Below are positions 38,523-47,544 of a stretch of DNA of 64,000 nt, in pieces. The position numbers were made by a program, and so were the translations under genes. Location of the stretch: assembly GCA_964510585.1 (NCBI GenBank), contig CAZECW010000187.1:31912-95911 (forward strand), written 5' to 3'. Each line of letters starts with the position of its first letter. Within the stretch, counting starts at the first letter, position 1. The stretch is from an uncultured archaeon (GTDB lineage: Archaea; Asgardarchaeota; Jordiarchaeia; Jordiarchaeales; Jordiarchaeaceae). Under the pieces are notes generated by a model, which was not told the origin of the DNA, did no database searches, and saw only the letters and a list, made by a program, of their open reading frames with translations.

Positions 38523-40802
38523 TTAAACCACATGGGAAACCGGAGGAGCCGCCTGGTAGAATCTTTCCTCCACCCTCTCATACCACCGCATCATGTCTGG
38601 TGTGACAGTTGGATGAATCTTTTTCAAAGCAGCCTCAAAATGTCGCATATAAACCTTATCCGCATTTATGTCTTCTCGAAGAGCCAGGATAGCTGCCTCA
38701 CGGCACACTGCCTCAATATCTGCCCCAACAAAGTTTTTAGCTTCCCTATTCAACTTTTCAAGATCCACGTCATCGCCGAGAGGCATGCCTCTTCCCCGCG
38801 TGTATAACTCAAATATCTGTAAGCGTGCAGCATCATCAGGAGCAGGAACCAGAATTAAGCGGTCAAAACGGCCCGGACGCAAAAGCGCAGGGTCTAAAAT
38901 ATCAGGACGATTAGTAGCAGCAATCACAACCACATCATGTAAAGTCTCCAAACCATCAATCTCAGTTAGGAGAGAACTAATCACCCTCTCAGTAACCTGT
39001 GAGTCGCCAGCACCCATACCCCTACGTGGCGCCAATGCATCGAATTCATCAAAGAAAATGATGGCCGGCGACGCAAGACGCGCCTTCCGAAAAACCTCAC
39101 GCACTGCCTTCTCAGATTCTCCAACCCACTTCGATAGCAGCTCGGGGCCCTTTACTGGTATGAAGTTTGCTTCGGATTCTGTTGCTACTGCTCGTGCTAA
39201 CAAAGTTTTGCCGCATCCCGGAGGCCCGTATAGTAGTACTCCTTTTGGTGGTTGTACTCCCATTCTGGTGAATGCTTCGGGGTTTTTTAGGGGCCATTCT
39301 ACTGCTTCTCTGAGTTGTTGTTTTACTTCTTCTAGTCCTCCGATTTCTTCCCAGTGTACTGTTGGTACTTCTATGAGTACTTCTCTTATGGCTGAGGGTT
39401 GGATTTCTTTGAGTGCGTTTATGAAGTCTTCTTGGGTTACTTCCATAGATTCGAGGATGTGGGTGGGGATGGTTTCTTCTTCTAGGTCGATTCTGGGTAG
39501 GTATCTTCTTAGTGCTTTCATGGCTGCTTCTCGGCAGAGTGCTTCGAGGTCTGCTCCTACGAATCCGTGTGTGGTTTGGGCTAGTTGTATTATGTCTACG
39601 TTGTCTGCGATGGGCATTCCTCTTATGTGGATTTGTAGGATTTCTATGCGTCCCTGTTTGTCGGGTACGCTGATTTCTATTTCTCTGTCGAATCTTCCGG
39701 GTCTTCTGAGTGCGGGGTCGAGTGCGTTTACTCTGTTTGTGGCTCCTATTACTATGACTTTTCCTCTGCCTTTTAGTCCGTCCATGAGTGCTAATAGTTG
39801 GGCTACTACTCTTCTTTCCACTTCCCCTGTTACTTCTTCACGTTTGGGTGCTATGGAGTCTAGTTCGTCTAGGAATATGATGCTGGGGGCGTTGTCTTCG
39901 GCTTCTTTGAATATTTCTCGGAGTTTCTTTTCTGATTCTCCGTAGAATTTTGACATGATTTCGGGTCCGTTTATTGATATGAAGTGGGCTTCGGCTTCGT
40001 TAGCAACAGCTTTGGCGATAAGTGTCTTTCCACATCCCGGCGGCCCATGGAGTAGTACTCCTTTTGGTGGTTCTATTCCTAGGCGTTTAAATAGTTCGGG
40101 GTGTTTTAGTGGTAGTTCTATCATTTCTCTTACTTTTTGTATTTCTTCGTGTAGTCCTCCTATGTCTTCGTATGTTATTTGGGGTATCCCTGTGGGGATT
40201 TCTGTGAGGGGTTTTTCGCTGATGCGTAGTTCTGTTTGGGGTTTTACTATGACGATTCCTTTTGGTGTGGTTTTTACTACTACGAAGAGGATGGCTCGGC
40301 TTAGGACTGTGATGTGTATGGTGTCTCCTTGGTTTACGGGGTGTCCTACGAGTTTGCTTTTTACGAAGCGCTCGAAGCGTTCTTCTACTGGGAATCTTAC
40401 GCTGGTTGGGGCTAGTATTACTGATGTGGCTGGTTTTTCGTTGGCTTTTCTGATGATTACTTTGTCGCCTAGGCTTACGTTGGCGTTTCGTCTTAGGTAT
40501 CCGTCCATTCGGACTAGTCCTTTGTCTTTGTCTTCGGGGTATGCTGGCCAGGCTATGGCGGCGGTGGTTTTTTTGCCTCTTATTTCTACTATGTCTCCTG
40601 TTTGGATGCCTAGTTTTTCCATTGCGGCGTTATCTATTCTTACTATGAATCTTCCTGCGTCGCGCTTCTGCGCTTCTTCTACACGTAGCTCTATATCTAC
40701 CAATTTGACACCAACTTCAAATTTTTTGGAGGGTTTTTGAGCATCGGTTGTAAAGGGGTATTCTCTACTCATTACATTTGTTTTTGTTAGATTTAAAAAC
40801 AT
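38523..40802 (-). CDS. cdc48: CDC48/VCP-like AAA+ ATPase (two AAA domains)
   Basis: An N-terminal double-psi-barrel-like domain is followed by two Walker A motifs ('GPPGCGKT' twice), two Walker B motifs ('IIFLDELD', 'IIFFDEFD') and an SRH region. Confidence 0.9.
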   Translation of the reverse strand: MFLNLTKTNVMSREYPFTTDAQKPSKKFEVGVKLVDIELRVEEAQKRDAGRFIVRIDNAAMEKLGIQTGDIVEIRGKKTTAAIAWPAYPEDKDKGLVRMDGYLRRNANVSLGDKVIIRKANEKPATSVILAPTSVRFPVEERFERFVKSKLVGHPVNQGDTIHITVLSRAILFVVVKTTPKGIVIVKPQTELRISEKPLTEIPTGIPQITYEDIGGLHEEIQKVREMIELPLKHPELFKRLGIEPPKGVLLHGPPGCGKTLIAKAVANEAEAHFISINGPEIMSKFYGESEKKLREIFKEAEDNAPSIIFLDELDSIAPKREEVTGEVERRVVAQLLALMDGLKGRGKVIVIGATNRVNALDPALRRPGRFDREIEISVPDKQGRIEILQIHIRGMPIADNVDIIQLAQTTHGFVGADLEALCREAAMKALRRYLPRIDLEEETIPTHILESMEVTQEDFINALKEIQPSAIREVLIEVPTVHWEEIGGLEEVKQQLREAVEWPLKNPEAFTRMGVQPPKGVLLYGPPGCGKTLLARAVATESEANFIPVKGPELLSKWVGESEKAVREVFRKARLASPAIIFFDEFDALAPRRGMGAGDSQVTERVISSLLTEIDGLETLHDVVVIAATNRPDILDPALLRPGRFDRLILVPAPDDAARLQIFELYTRGRGMPLGDDVDLEKLNREAKNFVGADIEAVCREAAILALREDINADKVYMRHFEAALKKIHPTVTPDMMRWYERVEERFYQAAPPVSHVV

Positions 40803-40997
40803 TGTCTTGGTTGCACTAGTATTTGTGGCTTTTTTCCGGTTTTTGTGGTCTGGTTTCAGGTATGTGTGGTGGTTTCTTTTGGGTAGTGGCTTTTATTGGG
40901 GGGTAAAAATAGTTTTTGGGTTGTCTTTGTTTGGTTATTTGGTTTTTGGGATGGGGTTTTTGGTGGTTTTTTGGTTTTTGTTTTGTGTTTATTTGAT

Positions 40998-41273
40998 TTA
41001 TATTCTTCTTACCATTTCGACTTCGATTTGGCTGACTTCTTCTATTTCTGATATTGCTTTTTCAACGTGGTCTGTTCCCCCCTCGGCTTCTGGTAGTACT
41101 ATGTTTAGTCTTAGGGCTTTTAGTCCAAATGCGATTGGGACTTCTGAAGAGCTGTGTATTTTGGCTCCTTGGGGGAGATTTTTTTCTATTTTTTCCTTTA
41201 GTTTTTCCAAGTTTACTTCGGTTGATTCCGGAAATATTTTTATGGTGGCTACGACTTTTGCCAAATGTTGCAC
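40998..41273 (-). CDS. ef1b: translation elongation factor aEF-1β
   Basis: The 91-aa 'KIFPES...NLE.L...I...LP.GA.I......PIAFGLKAL' matches aEF-1β. Confidence 0.8.
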   Translation of the reverse strand: MQHLAKVVATIKIFPESTEVNLEKLKEKIEKNLPQGAKIHSSSEVPIAFGLKALRLNIVLPEAEGGTDHVEKAISEIEEVSQIEVEMVRRI

Positions 41274-41285
41274 CTCTTTCCTTTT

Positions 41286-41462
41286 TTATGGTCCTTCAAA
41301 ATTACATAGGGGACACTTGAAAGTGTTTGAGAATAGTCTGCACCTTTCGCAGCGCCAGATGGTATATTTGCCGCAGTTGGGGCAGGGGAACCTTACTGCT
41401 CCCTTTTCAGGTGACACTATTTTGCCACAGCTTGTGCACAGTTGCGGTTTGATTTCAGACAT
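41286..41462 (-). CDS. small Zn-ribbon protein (58 aa; COG2888-like Zn-ribbon RNA-binding protein commonly adjacent to aEF-1β)
   Basis: Manual translation gives MSEIKPQLCTSCGKIVSPEKGAVRFPCPNCGKYTIWRCERCRLFSNTFKCPLCNFEGP. It falls below the 60-aa ORF-track cutoff. It contains four CxxC pairs and sits next to aEF-1β. Confidence 0.55.
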   Translation of the reverse strand: MSEIKPQLCTSCGKIVSPEKGAVRFPCPNCGKYTIWRCERCRLFSNTFKCPLCNFEGP

Positions 41463-41567
41463 AGTTATCCTCCTGTCTTCTGAGTTTATTTGTTGTTCCC
41501 ACTTAGAACTCGAGGGTTTTTAAATTTATGTTGTCTCTACTTAAAATATTTATTCAAACTTTCAAGG

Positions 41568-42770
41568 TTATTGTATATTTTTTCCTGTCTTCTTTTTTAT
41601 TGGTATGACTGAGGCTAGGAAGTTTAGTAGGATGCTGATGGAGAGCGAGGGTTTTAAGAGTATTTTCCTAATCACTCCTGACTCGAAGTCCATGTCTCCC
41701 ACTTCTTCTATGACTGTGTGGAACTCTTCTCGGGTAAGTGTTTCGAAAAGTCTGTCCAGGGTTCTATCCTCCATTCTGTTTAGAATTTTTCTGGCCAAGA
41801 GCATAGAGTTGAACTCTCTGGAGAGCAGTTTTTTCCACTTTTTCTGATACGCTGAGAGTCTCCCTCCACTCACGTTTTTTTCGTTGACCGCTTCGGCGGC
41901 GACTTCACCTGCAATCTGTGCGCATAGTCCGCCCATAATCACCCCTCCTCCTGTTGTTGGCTTCACCTGTCCAGCTGCGTCGCCTACGACTAGAAATCCG
42001 TCGGTGTAGGTCTTTGGGATTGGCCCGCTTAGGATTATGCTGCCGCCAAACTTTTTGACTGGAACGGCGTGCAAGAGCTTTTTTGAGGCTATGGGATGAT
42101 TTTTAATAAATTTTTCTAGATATTTTAGGGCGTGATGGTGAGCGCCGAGTCCCACTCTTGCGGTGTTCTCACCTGTGGGGATTATCCAGGCAAAGAATCC
42201 TGGTGCCACCTTGTTTCCGAGGAATATTTCCACCTCTTCTGGGTTTACCTGAGCGTTTTTCACCTCAATTTGAACTCCCGGTATTATTCCTCTGGATACG
42301 GCGGCCAGCCCCATTTCTCGAACAAATTTTCCTCTTACTCCCTCGGCGTCGATTATGACTTTAGTTTTAAAATGTTGCTCTTTTTTCTGTGAAACTTTTA
42401 GGATTTTGATTTCGCCCATTTTTACAGATAAGACCTTGGTGCCTGTAAATAGTGACACGTTTTCTTTTTGGGCGAGGCTTGCTAGGTACTGGTCAAGTAG
42501 GGGACGGTTAACAACATACGCTTGAGTGTTTCTGCGTGAAACGCTAAACGTTGCGCCTTGGGGGGAATAAAATGTGGCGCCCTTAACCCTGTTTAGGATG
42601 CATTCCTTTGGAACATTTATGTTCAGCCGCCTGAATCCGGTTGTACTGATTAGGCCCGCGCAGTGCTCTGGCAGGCCTACATAGGGGTGTTCCTCGATTA
42701 TTGCAACTTTTACGCCTTTTTTGGCAGCGTTTTGAGAGGCTATTGCTCCTGATGGTCCGCAGCCGATCAC
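41568..42770 (-). CDS. geranylgeranyl reductase family protein (digeranylgeranylglycerophospholipid reductase-like)
   Basis: An FAD Rossmann motif '(DIIV)IGCGPSGAIAS' and GGR-family body are present. The conserved N-terminus is broken from its ATG (42805-42807) by a frameshift in an A5 run; see findings. Confidence 0.8.
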   Translation of the reverse strand: MIGCGPSGAIASQNAAKKGVKVAIIEEHPYVGLPEHCAGLISTTGFRRLNINVPKECILNRVKGATFYSPQGATFSVSRRNTQAYVVNRPLLDQYLASLAQKENVSLFTGTKVLSVKMGEIKILKVSQKKEQHFKTKVIIDAEGVRGKFVREMGLAAVSRGIIPGVQIEVKNAQVNPEEVEIFLGNKVAPGFFAWIIPTGENTARVGLGAHHHALKYLEKFIKNHPIASKKLLHAVPVKKFGGSIILSGPIPKTYTDGFLVVGDAAGQVKPTTGGGVIMGGLCAQIAGEVAAEAVNEKNVSGGRLSAYQKKWKKLLSREFNSMLLARKILNRMEDRTLDRLFETLTREEFHTVIEEVGDMDFESGVIRKILLKPSLSISILLNFLASVIPIKKKTGKNIQ

Positions 42771-42982
42771 AATTATGTCGAAGTTTTGTTCTGGAGCGAT
42801 TTTTCATCCCACCTTGTGGGCATTTTTGGTTAAAAATGTTTAAGTGGGGTTATTTTTAAGGGTTACAGAAAAACACTTTAAACTCTAGCCATATAGAAGG
42901 GAAACAGGTATGACATTTTAAAGGAACTATTTAGGTGTGCTCATCTTTTACGTTTCCTCTTTGCTAAAGGAGTCGCTTTGAA

Positions 42983-43339
42983 ATGTTTGAGTACAAAATG
43001 GCAATTTTGGTACGAACCGATTTAAAAATGAGTAAGGGAAAAATCGCGGCACAGGTGGCGCATGCAGCGGTTTCAGCCTCAGAGGAAGCTAGGAAGAGGA
43101 ATCCGGACTGGTGGGGGAAATGGATGAATGAGGGCCAGAAGAAGGTTGTGGTTAAGGTAAAATCTTTGGATGAACTTAAAAGGTATGAGTACCAAGCGAT
43201 TAGGAATAAGATTCCCCATTCTTTAATAATTGATAGGGGTCTCACGGAAATACCGCCTGGCACTGTTACTGCTCTTGCTATCGGACCGGCGCCAGAATCA
43301 CTCATAGACAGTATTACGGGCGGGCTACCTCTGCTTTAG
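42983..43339 (+). CDS. pth2: peptidyl-tRNA hydrolase, archaeal type (Pth2)
   Basis: 'KMAILVRTDLKMSKGKIAAQVAHAAV' matches the canonical Pth2. Confidence 0.85.
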   Translation: MFEYKMAILVRTDLKMSKGKIAAQVAHAAVSASEEARKRNPDWWGKWMNEGQKKVVVKVKSLDELKRYEYQAIRNKIPHSLIIDRGLTEIPPGTVTALAIGPAPESLIDSITGGLPLL

Positions 43340-43356
43340 CAAATGTCGGTGAGATT

Positions 43357-44730
43357 ATGAGTGAACTAGAAAAAATCATTGGAATAGAGTTTTTCGCTAC
43401 CAAGTCTAAAGGAATAGGAGGAGAACTCAGGAAGAGATGGGAGGACTTCGTAGTGGAGGAAATAACTCCCCAAAAGGAGATACTTTACGCTCTAGGCCCC
43501 AATTCCGAAACAAGCAGACCGGATGGTGAGCATGGAAATGGAGGAGAAACTGTGGGGGATTATACTATTTTTACTCTTGAGAGGCACGGTTTGTATAATA
43601 CATTTGAGGCTTTGGATAAAATTGCTCATAGTTTGAGGATTGGAATAAAAAGGTTTTCCTATGCGGGGGTGAAGGATAAAAGGGCGGTTACAACCCAAAG
43701 GGTTAGTGTTTGGAGGGTTGACCCAGAGAGACTGAAAAAACTGAATATTAAGGGACTTTACATAAGGGATGTGCGTAGGGGCGCGGAAGCTGTTAAGCTT
43801 GGAGATTTATGGGGCAACCACTTTCGTATCACTGTTAGAGGTATAAACTTGGAAAAGTCGGAGGTGGAGCTAATAGTTAAGAAAACCTGTGATGAGATAG
43901 CGGATTTGGGTGGTGTCCCCAACTTTTTTGGCTATCAAAGATTTGGGCTTCGGAGACCCTTGTCTCACCTTGTGGGAACTAAGCTGGTTAAGAACGAGTT
44001 TAGGGAGGCTGCAATGCTATTTTTAGCAAAAGCTTATCCCCTTGAAGGAATGGATGCCCAAGAGGCGCGTAATTATTTGTATGAGACTGGAGACTTTGCT
44101 GGAGCTTTGAAAAAGTTTCCCAAGCGCCTAACTTTTGAGAGAACAATGTTAAAGCATTTGTCTCAACATCCCAATGATATTCTGGGCGCCTTTAGGCGGA
44201 TTCAAAGAGGTCTACTTATGATGTTTATACATGCCACGCAGTCTTACCTATTTAATAGAATTCTTAGTCTAAGGCATAAATGCGGTCTCCCACTAAACAG
44301 TGCTGTGGTGGGGGATATTGTGGCTCCAGTTCAGGGTGCTTCGCCGAGAGATTATATGCTGGTCACGGAAGAAAACATTTCAAAAATAAACGAGCAGGTT
44401 AAATCTGGAACATTGGGCGTTGCAATACCTTTGATAGGGTATGATATAACTCTTCCCATGTTTCAGCCAGGGGAGCTGGTAGAAAAAATTTTACAGGAAG
44501 AGGGTTTAAGTCCAAGCATGTTTAGACTTCAATCTATACCTGAGATAAGTTCAAAAGGAGGATACCGACTAATACTCTCAAAAGTATCTGACTTGAAAGT
44601 GTTGGACATAAGTGAAGATGAGTATAGTGAAAACGCGATTAAACTTACAATTTCCTTCTCGCTGTCCAAGGGCAGTTACGCCACAATGGTGCTCAGAGAA
44701 TTTATGAAAACAGAACCCACAAAGTATTAG
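43357..44730 (+). CDS. truD: tRNA pseudouridine(13) synthase TruD/Pus7-like
   Basis: The N-terminal 'GIGGELRKRWEDFVVEEI' and 'GYQRFG' motifs of the TruD family are present. Confidence 0.75.
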   Translation: MSELEKIIGIEFFATKSKGIGGELRKRWEDFVVEEITPQKEILYALGPNSETSRPDGEHGNGGETVGDYTIFTLERHGLYNTFEALDKIAHSLRIGIKRFSYAGVKDKRAVTTQRVSVWRVDPERLKKLNIKGLYIRDVRRGAEAVKLGDLWGNHFRITVRGINLEKSEVELIVKKTCDEIADLGGVPNFFGYQRFGLRRPLSHLVGTKLVKNEFREAAMLFLAKAYPLEGMDAQEARNYLYETGDFAGALKKFPKRLTFERTMLKHLSQHPNDILGAFRRIQRGLLMMFIHATQSYLFNRILSLRHKCGLPLNSAVVGDIVAPVQGASPRDYMLVTEENISKINEQVKSGTLGVAIPLIGYDITLPMFQPGELVEKILQEEGLSPSMFRLQSIPEISSKGGYRLILSKVSDLKVLDISEDEYSENAIKLTISFSLSKGSYATMVLREFMKTEPTKY

Positions 44731-44826
44731 TAAAAAGTGAAGAACAATAAATTAATTAGTAATTGATACTTCTCATCGAAGACCGTGAAGGAATTTAAAA
44801 CAGCAATCCGTCGGAGGTAAAACATA

Positions 44827-46137
44827 ATGTCAGAATGTTCCGAGGATATTCATAAGACACACTTCACCAGTGAGATAGGTCCAGACCTTGATGGAAAAAT
44901 CGTGGTTTTAGCTGGATGGGTAGAAAGCATCCGAAAATTGGGTGGAATAAAATTCATCATTTTGAGGGATAAGGAGGGGCGTTCACAGATCACCGTCCCC
45001 AAGAGCAACTCAAAGGTTTTCGATGAGGTAGACAAATTAGGCAAGGAATACGTTATCCTGGTGCGGGGAAAGGTGAGAAAGATCGAAAAGGCGCCCCAAG
45101 GAGCTGAGGTAATCCCCGAAGAAATAAAAATACTAAACACGTCAATCTCTCCTCTTCCATTAGACCCCTCAGGTAAGGTTGACGCGAATCTTGATACCCA
45201 GCTAGACAATAGGGTGCTAGACCTTAGGCGTCCAGAAAAAACGGCTATTTTTATTATTCGCCACGAGGCAAGTAAGGCTATCAGAGAGTTCCTAATCAAG
45301 AGGGGCTTTATAGAAATTAACACCCCCAAAATCATTGCCTCCGCTTCTGAGGGTGGAGCCGACCTCTTCCCTATCTCATACTACGAGAAGGAGGCGTTCC
45401 TAAGCCAATCAGCTCAACTTTACAAAGAGCAGATGTCTAGTGTTTTTGAGAAGGTTTTCGAGATCGCCCCCTGTTACCGCGCCGAGTTAAGCCGCACAGT
45501 CAGACACCTAAGCGAAGTTTACACAGTTGATGTGGAAGTAGCCTTTAACAACTATTTAGACGTAATGGAACTCCTCGAAGAACTAATTTCCCACGTGTTT
45601 AAACATATAAAGAAAAAATGTTCTGAAGAATTAAAAACGCTAAATCGGGAATTGCCAGTTCTCAAAACTCCTTTTCCCCGCTACACCTATACTGAAATTG
45701 TAGAAAAGCTACAGGCTGAGGGAATCGAAATGAACTGGGGAGAGGACATCTCTACACAGGCTTACCGCAAACTTGGAGAAATATTGAAGGGACTATACTT
45801 CATAGTGGATTGGCCCACTGCTGGAAAGCCCTTCTACATACTGCCCCGAAAAGACAACCCCGAAATATGTGAATCATTTGATCTCATGTATGAGTGGCTG
45901 GAGCTGGCCTCTGGAGGAACAAGGATACACAAAAAAGACATGCTTATTGAGAGGCTAAAGGAGCAGAAACTGAATCCTGAATCGTTCGCATTCCACCTAA
46001 AAACATACGATTGGGGAATGCCCCCACATGCAGGATGGGGATTGGGATTAGACCGACTAGTTATGGTTCTCACTGGAGCGGAGAATATAAGAGACTGCGT
46101 CTTATACCCCCGGGACCGAGACCGACTCACGCCCTAA
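44827..46137 (+). CDS. aspS: aspartyl-tRNA synthetase (archaeal type)
   Basis: An OB anticodon-binding N-terminal domain is followed by class-II motifs ('FRAE', 'GGGLGLDRLVM'). Length is about 436 aa. Confidence 0.85.
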   Translation: MSECSEDIHKTHFTSEIGPDLDGKIVVLAGWVESIRKLGGIKFIILRDKEGRSQITVPKSNSKVFDEVDKLGKEYVILVRGKVRKIEKAPQGAEVIPEEIKILNTSISPLPLDPSGKVDANLDTQLDNRVLDLRRPEKTAIFIIRHEASKAIREFLIKRGFIEINTPKIIASASEGGADLFPISYYEKEAFLSQSAQLYKEQMSSVFEKVFEIAPCYRAELSRTVRHLSEVYTVDVEVAFNNYLDVMELLEELISHVFKHIKKKCSEELKTLNRELPVLKTPFPRYTYTEIVEKLQAEGIEMNWGEDISTQAYRKLGEILKGLYFIVDWPTAGKPFYILPRKDNPEICESFDLMYEWLELASGGTRIHKKDMLIERLKEQKLNPESFAFHLKTYDWGMPPHAGWGLGLDRLVMVLTGAENIRDCVLYPRDRDRLTP

Positions 46138-46182
46138 AAAAGAGGTAACTACAGAAAAATTACAAGACCTTTAGCGAGATAA

Positions 46183-46210
46183 GCCCCCACTCATAGTGGC
46201 GGAAGGGGGC
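46183..46210. terminator. GC hairpin (GCCCCC-N16-GGGGGC) in the convergent gap between aspS and the KH-protein gene
   Basis: Direct reading. This may be a bidirectional terminator or a structural element. Archaeal termination usually relies on T-tracts, so confidence is low. Confidence 0.25.
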
Positions 46211-46217
46211 AAAAAGG

Positions 46218-46724
46218 CTACTCAAAAACTATTCTAATTTTTTCCTTGGTTAAATTATAAACAATGTTCTCTAAAGTAGGTACGTCTGTGGGGAGTCTTC
46301 TACTATCTGATTTCTTGATTCTCACCTTTTTCTCCAGCGTGCCGTCTGGAAGCCAAATTGTGTTCACGCCCAAAACTGGGATTGGAGATAGAATGTCCTC
46401 TATGGTCTTTTTTGTGGAGGAAGTTGCCTCTATAACTCTAACTTTTTTCTTTAATTCATCACTTAAAACTTTAACAATTTTGCCTTTTGGACCTATAAAG
46501 TGTGATATGTCGCCTGGACCAACGACTATTATGATTAAATTGTTGGTTTCAATGGAGCCTCTGAACTCCGCTTCTTTGAGGTTGGGAAACTTACTTTCAA
46601 GTTCTAGGAGACTCTTAGCTACCTTTAAATCTAGGGGCGTCACTTCCCCTCGTTCTATCTTTTCCCTACATGTGGAACAGTAAACTCCACTTTTAAGACA
46701 AAAAGAACATACGGGAACCTTCAA
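46218..46724 (-). CDS. putative RNA-binding protein: N-terminal C4 Zn-ribbon plus KH domain
   Basis: 'CSFC...CSTC' and a KH GXXG loop 'IGPKGKIVKVL' are present. Confidence 0.45.
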   Translation of the reverse strand: MKVPVCSFCLKSGVYCSTCREKIERGEVTPLDLKVAKSLLELESKFPNLKEAEFRGSIETNNLIIIVVGPGDISHFIGPKGKIVKVLSDELKKKVRVIEATSSTKKTIEDILSPIPVLGVNTIWLPDGTLEKKVRIKKSDSRRLPTDVPTLENIVYNLTKEKIRIVFE

Positions 46725-46964
46725 TTCTCAAGTCTCCGAATACGAGTAATCATGAGGCTGTAAGTACCGGTTAAGGCAGTTTTCCGCCGATAATAAACAG
46801 CAATTTTAGTGTAGTTTTTATAGGAAGAGAGATTGCTTAAAAAACTTTTGTTAAATTAGACTTGTTGAGGCGCTCTGTCCAGAGAGGTGCAGTGTGCTTT
46901 TGGTGAAAAAGAAAATGTATTAATTAAAGAAAAAATTTGATAAAAAACCAAAAAAGCCGTCCAC

Positions 46965-47240
46965 TTAGTCTTTTCCCAGTGTGATCTCAATAGTTGAAAC
47001 ATTAATCGTTGAACCGTTCTCTGCCGTGATGGGCTCAGTTCCAATTTTTATGTCCTTAGGTTTAGCCTCTGAAACGAATCTGTTTCTCACTATCTCCGCC
47101 ACGTCTACAGCTCTGCTTATGGAGCGGCCACGTGCCTTCAAAGTCACTTCCTTTTTTCCGTTATGGAAAAGAGTTATGCATGCTAAAACATAATTCATCA
47201 CGGGTTTGGATCCTATGTAGATAGAGTTTTCTTCTGACAT
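46965..47240 (-). CDS. albA: chromatin protein Alba
   Basis: '[11 protein letters not shown]...[20 protein letters not shown]' is a canonical Alba sequence. Confidence 0.85.
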   Translation of the reverse strand: MSEENSIYIGSKPVMNYVLACITLFHNGKKEVTLKARGRSISRAVDVAEIVRNRFVSEAKPKDIKIGTEPITAENGSTINVSTIEITLGKD

Positions 47241-47544
47241 GTTTGTTACCTCTTCCGCGCTTTTGGATTAGTTGCATAACTACTAAACGCCGTATCTACC
47301 TAGAAATAATAAAGTTTTTGGTGACACAAAAAGTCTAATTATTAAGCAAAAAACTAAGAACCGTTTTTAAAGAGGAATACCCATAAAGAATAACTACTTT
47401 TTAAAAATATGATGATTTTCGTTTTCATAACTCGGGCTTCTGCAACAAACATATAGTTGAATTTTTATATCTTTAAAAAAAATATAAAATTAAAGATTTA
47501 AACATAGTATATTAAATCCTTCCAATCTCTAAAAATTCTGGGTA

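Noticed and set aside
38668-40740. Long plus-strand ORFs (425 aa and 261 aa, Ser/Thr/Ala-rich) antisense to cdc48
   Set aside because: They lie entirely within and opposite a confidently identified Cdc48 gene. Their low-complexity composition is a by-product of the strong T/G strand bias noted in the findings, not of coding.
38523-40802. Cdc48 as the Vps4-like partner of the ESCRT-III gene
   Set aside because: It has two AAA domains plus a Cdc48-type N-domain. It lies 19 kb away from Snf7 and has no MIT domain. It is a general segregase, not Vps4/CdvC.
46183-46210. The GC hairpin as a small RNA gene
   Set aside because: It is 28 nt and is a simple stem-loop between convergent genes. A terminator or structural role is more parsimonious. 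It is retained only as a low-confidence terminator feature.
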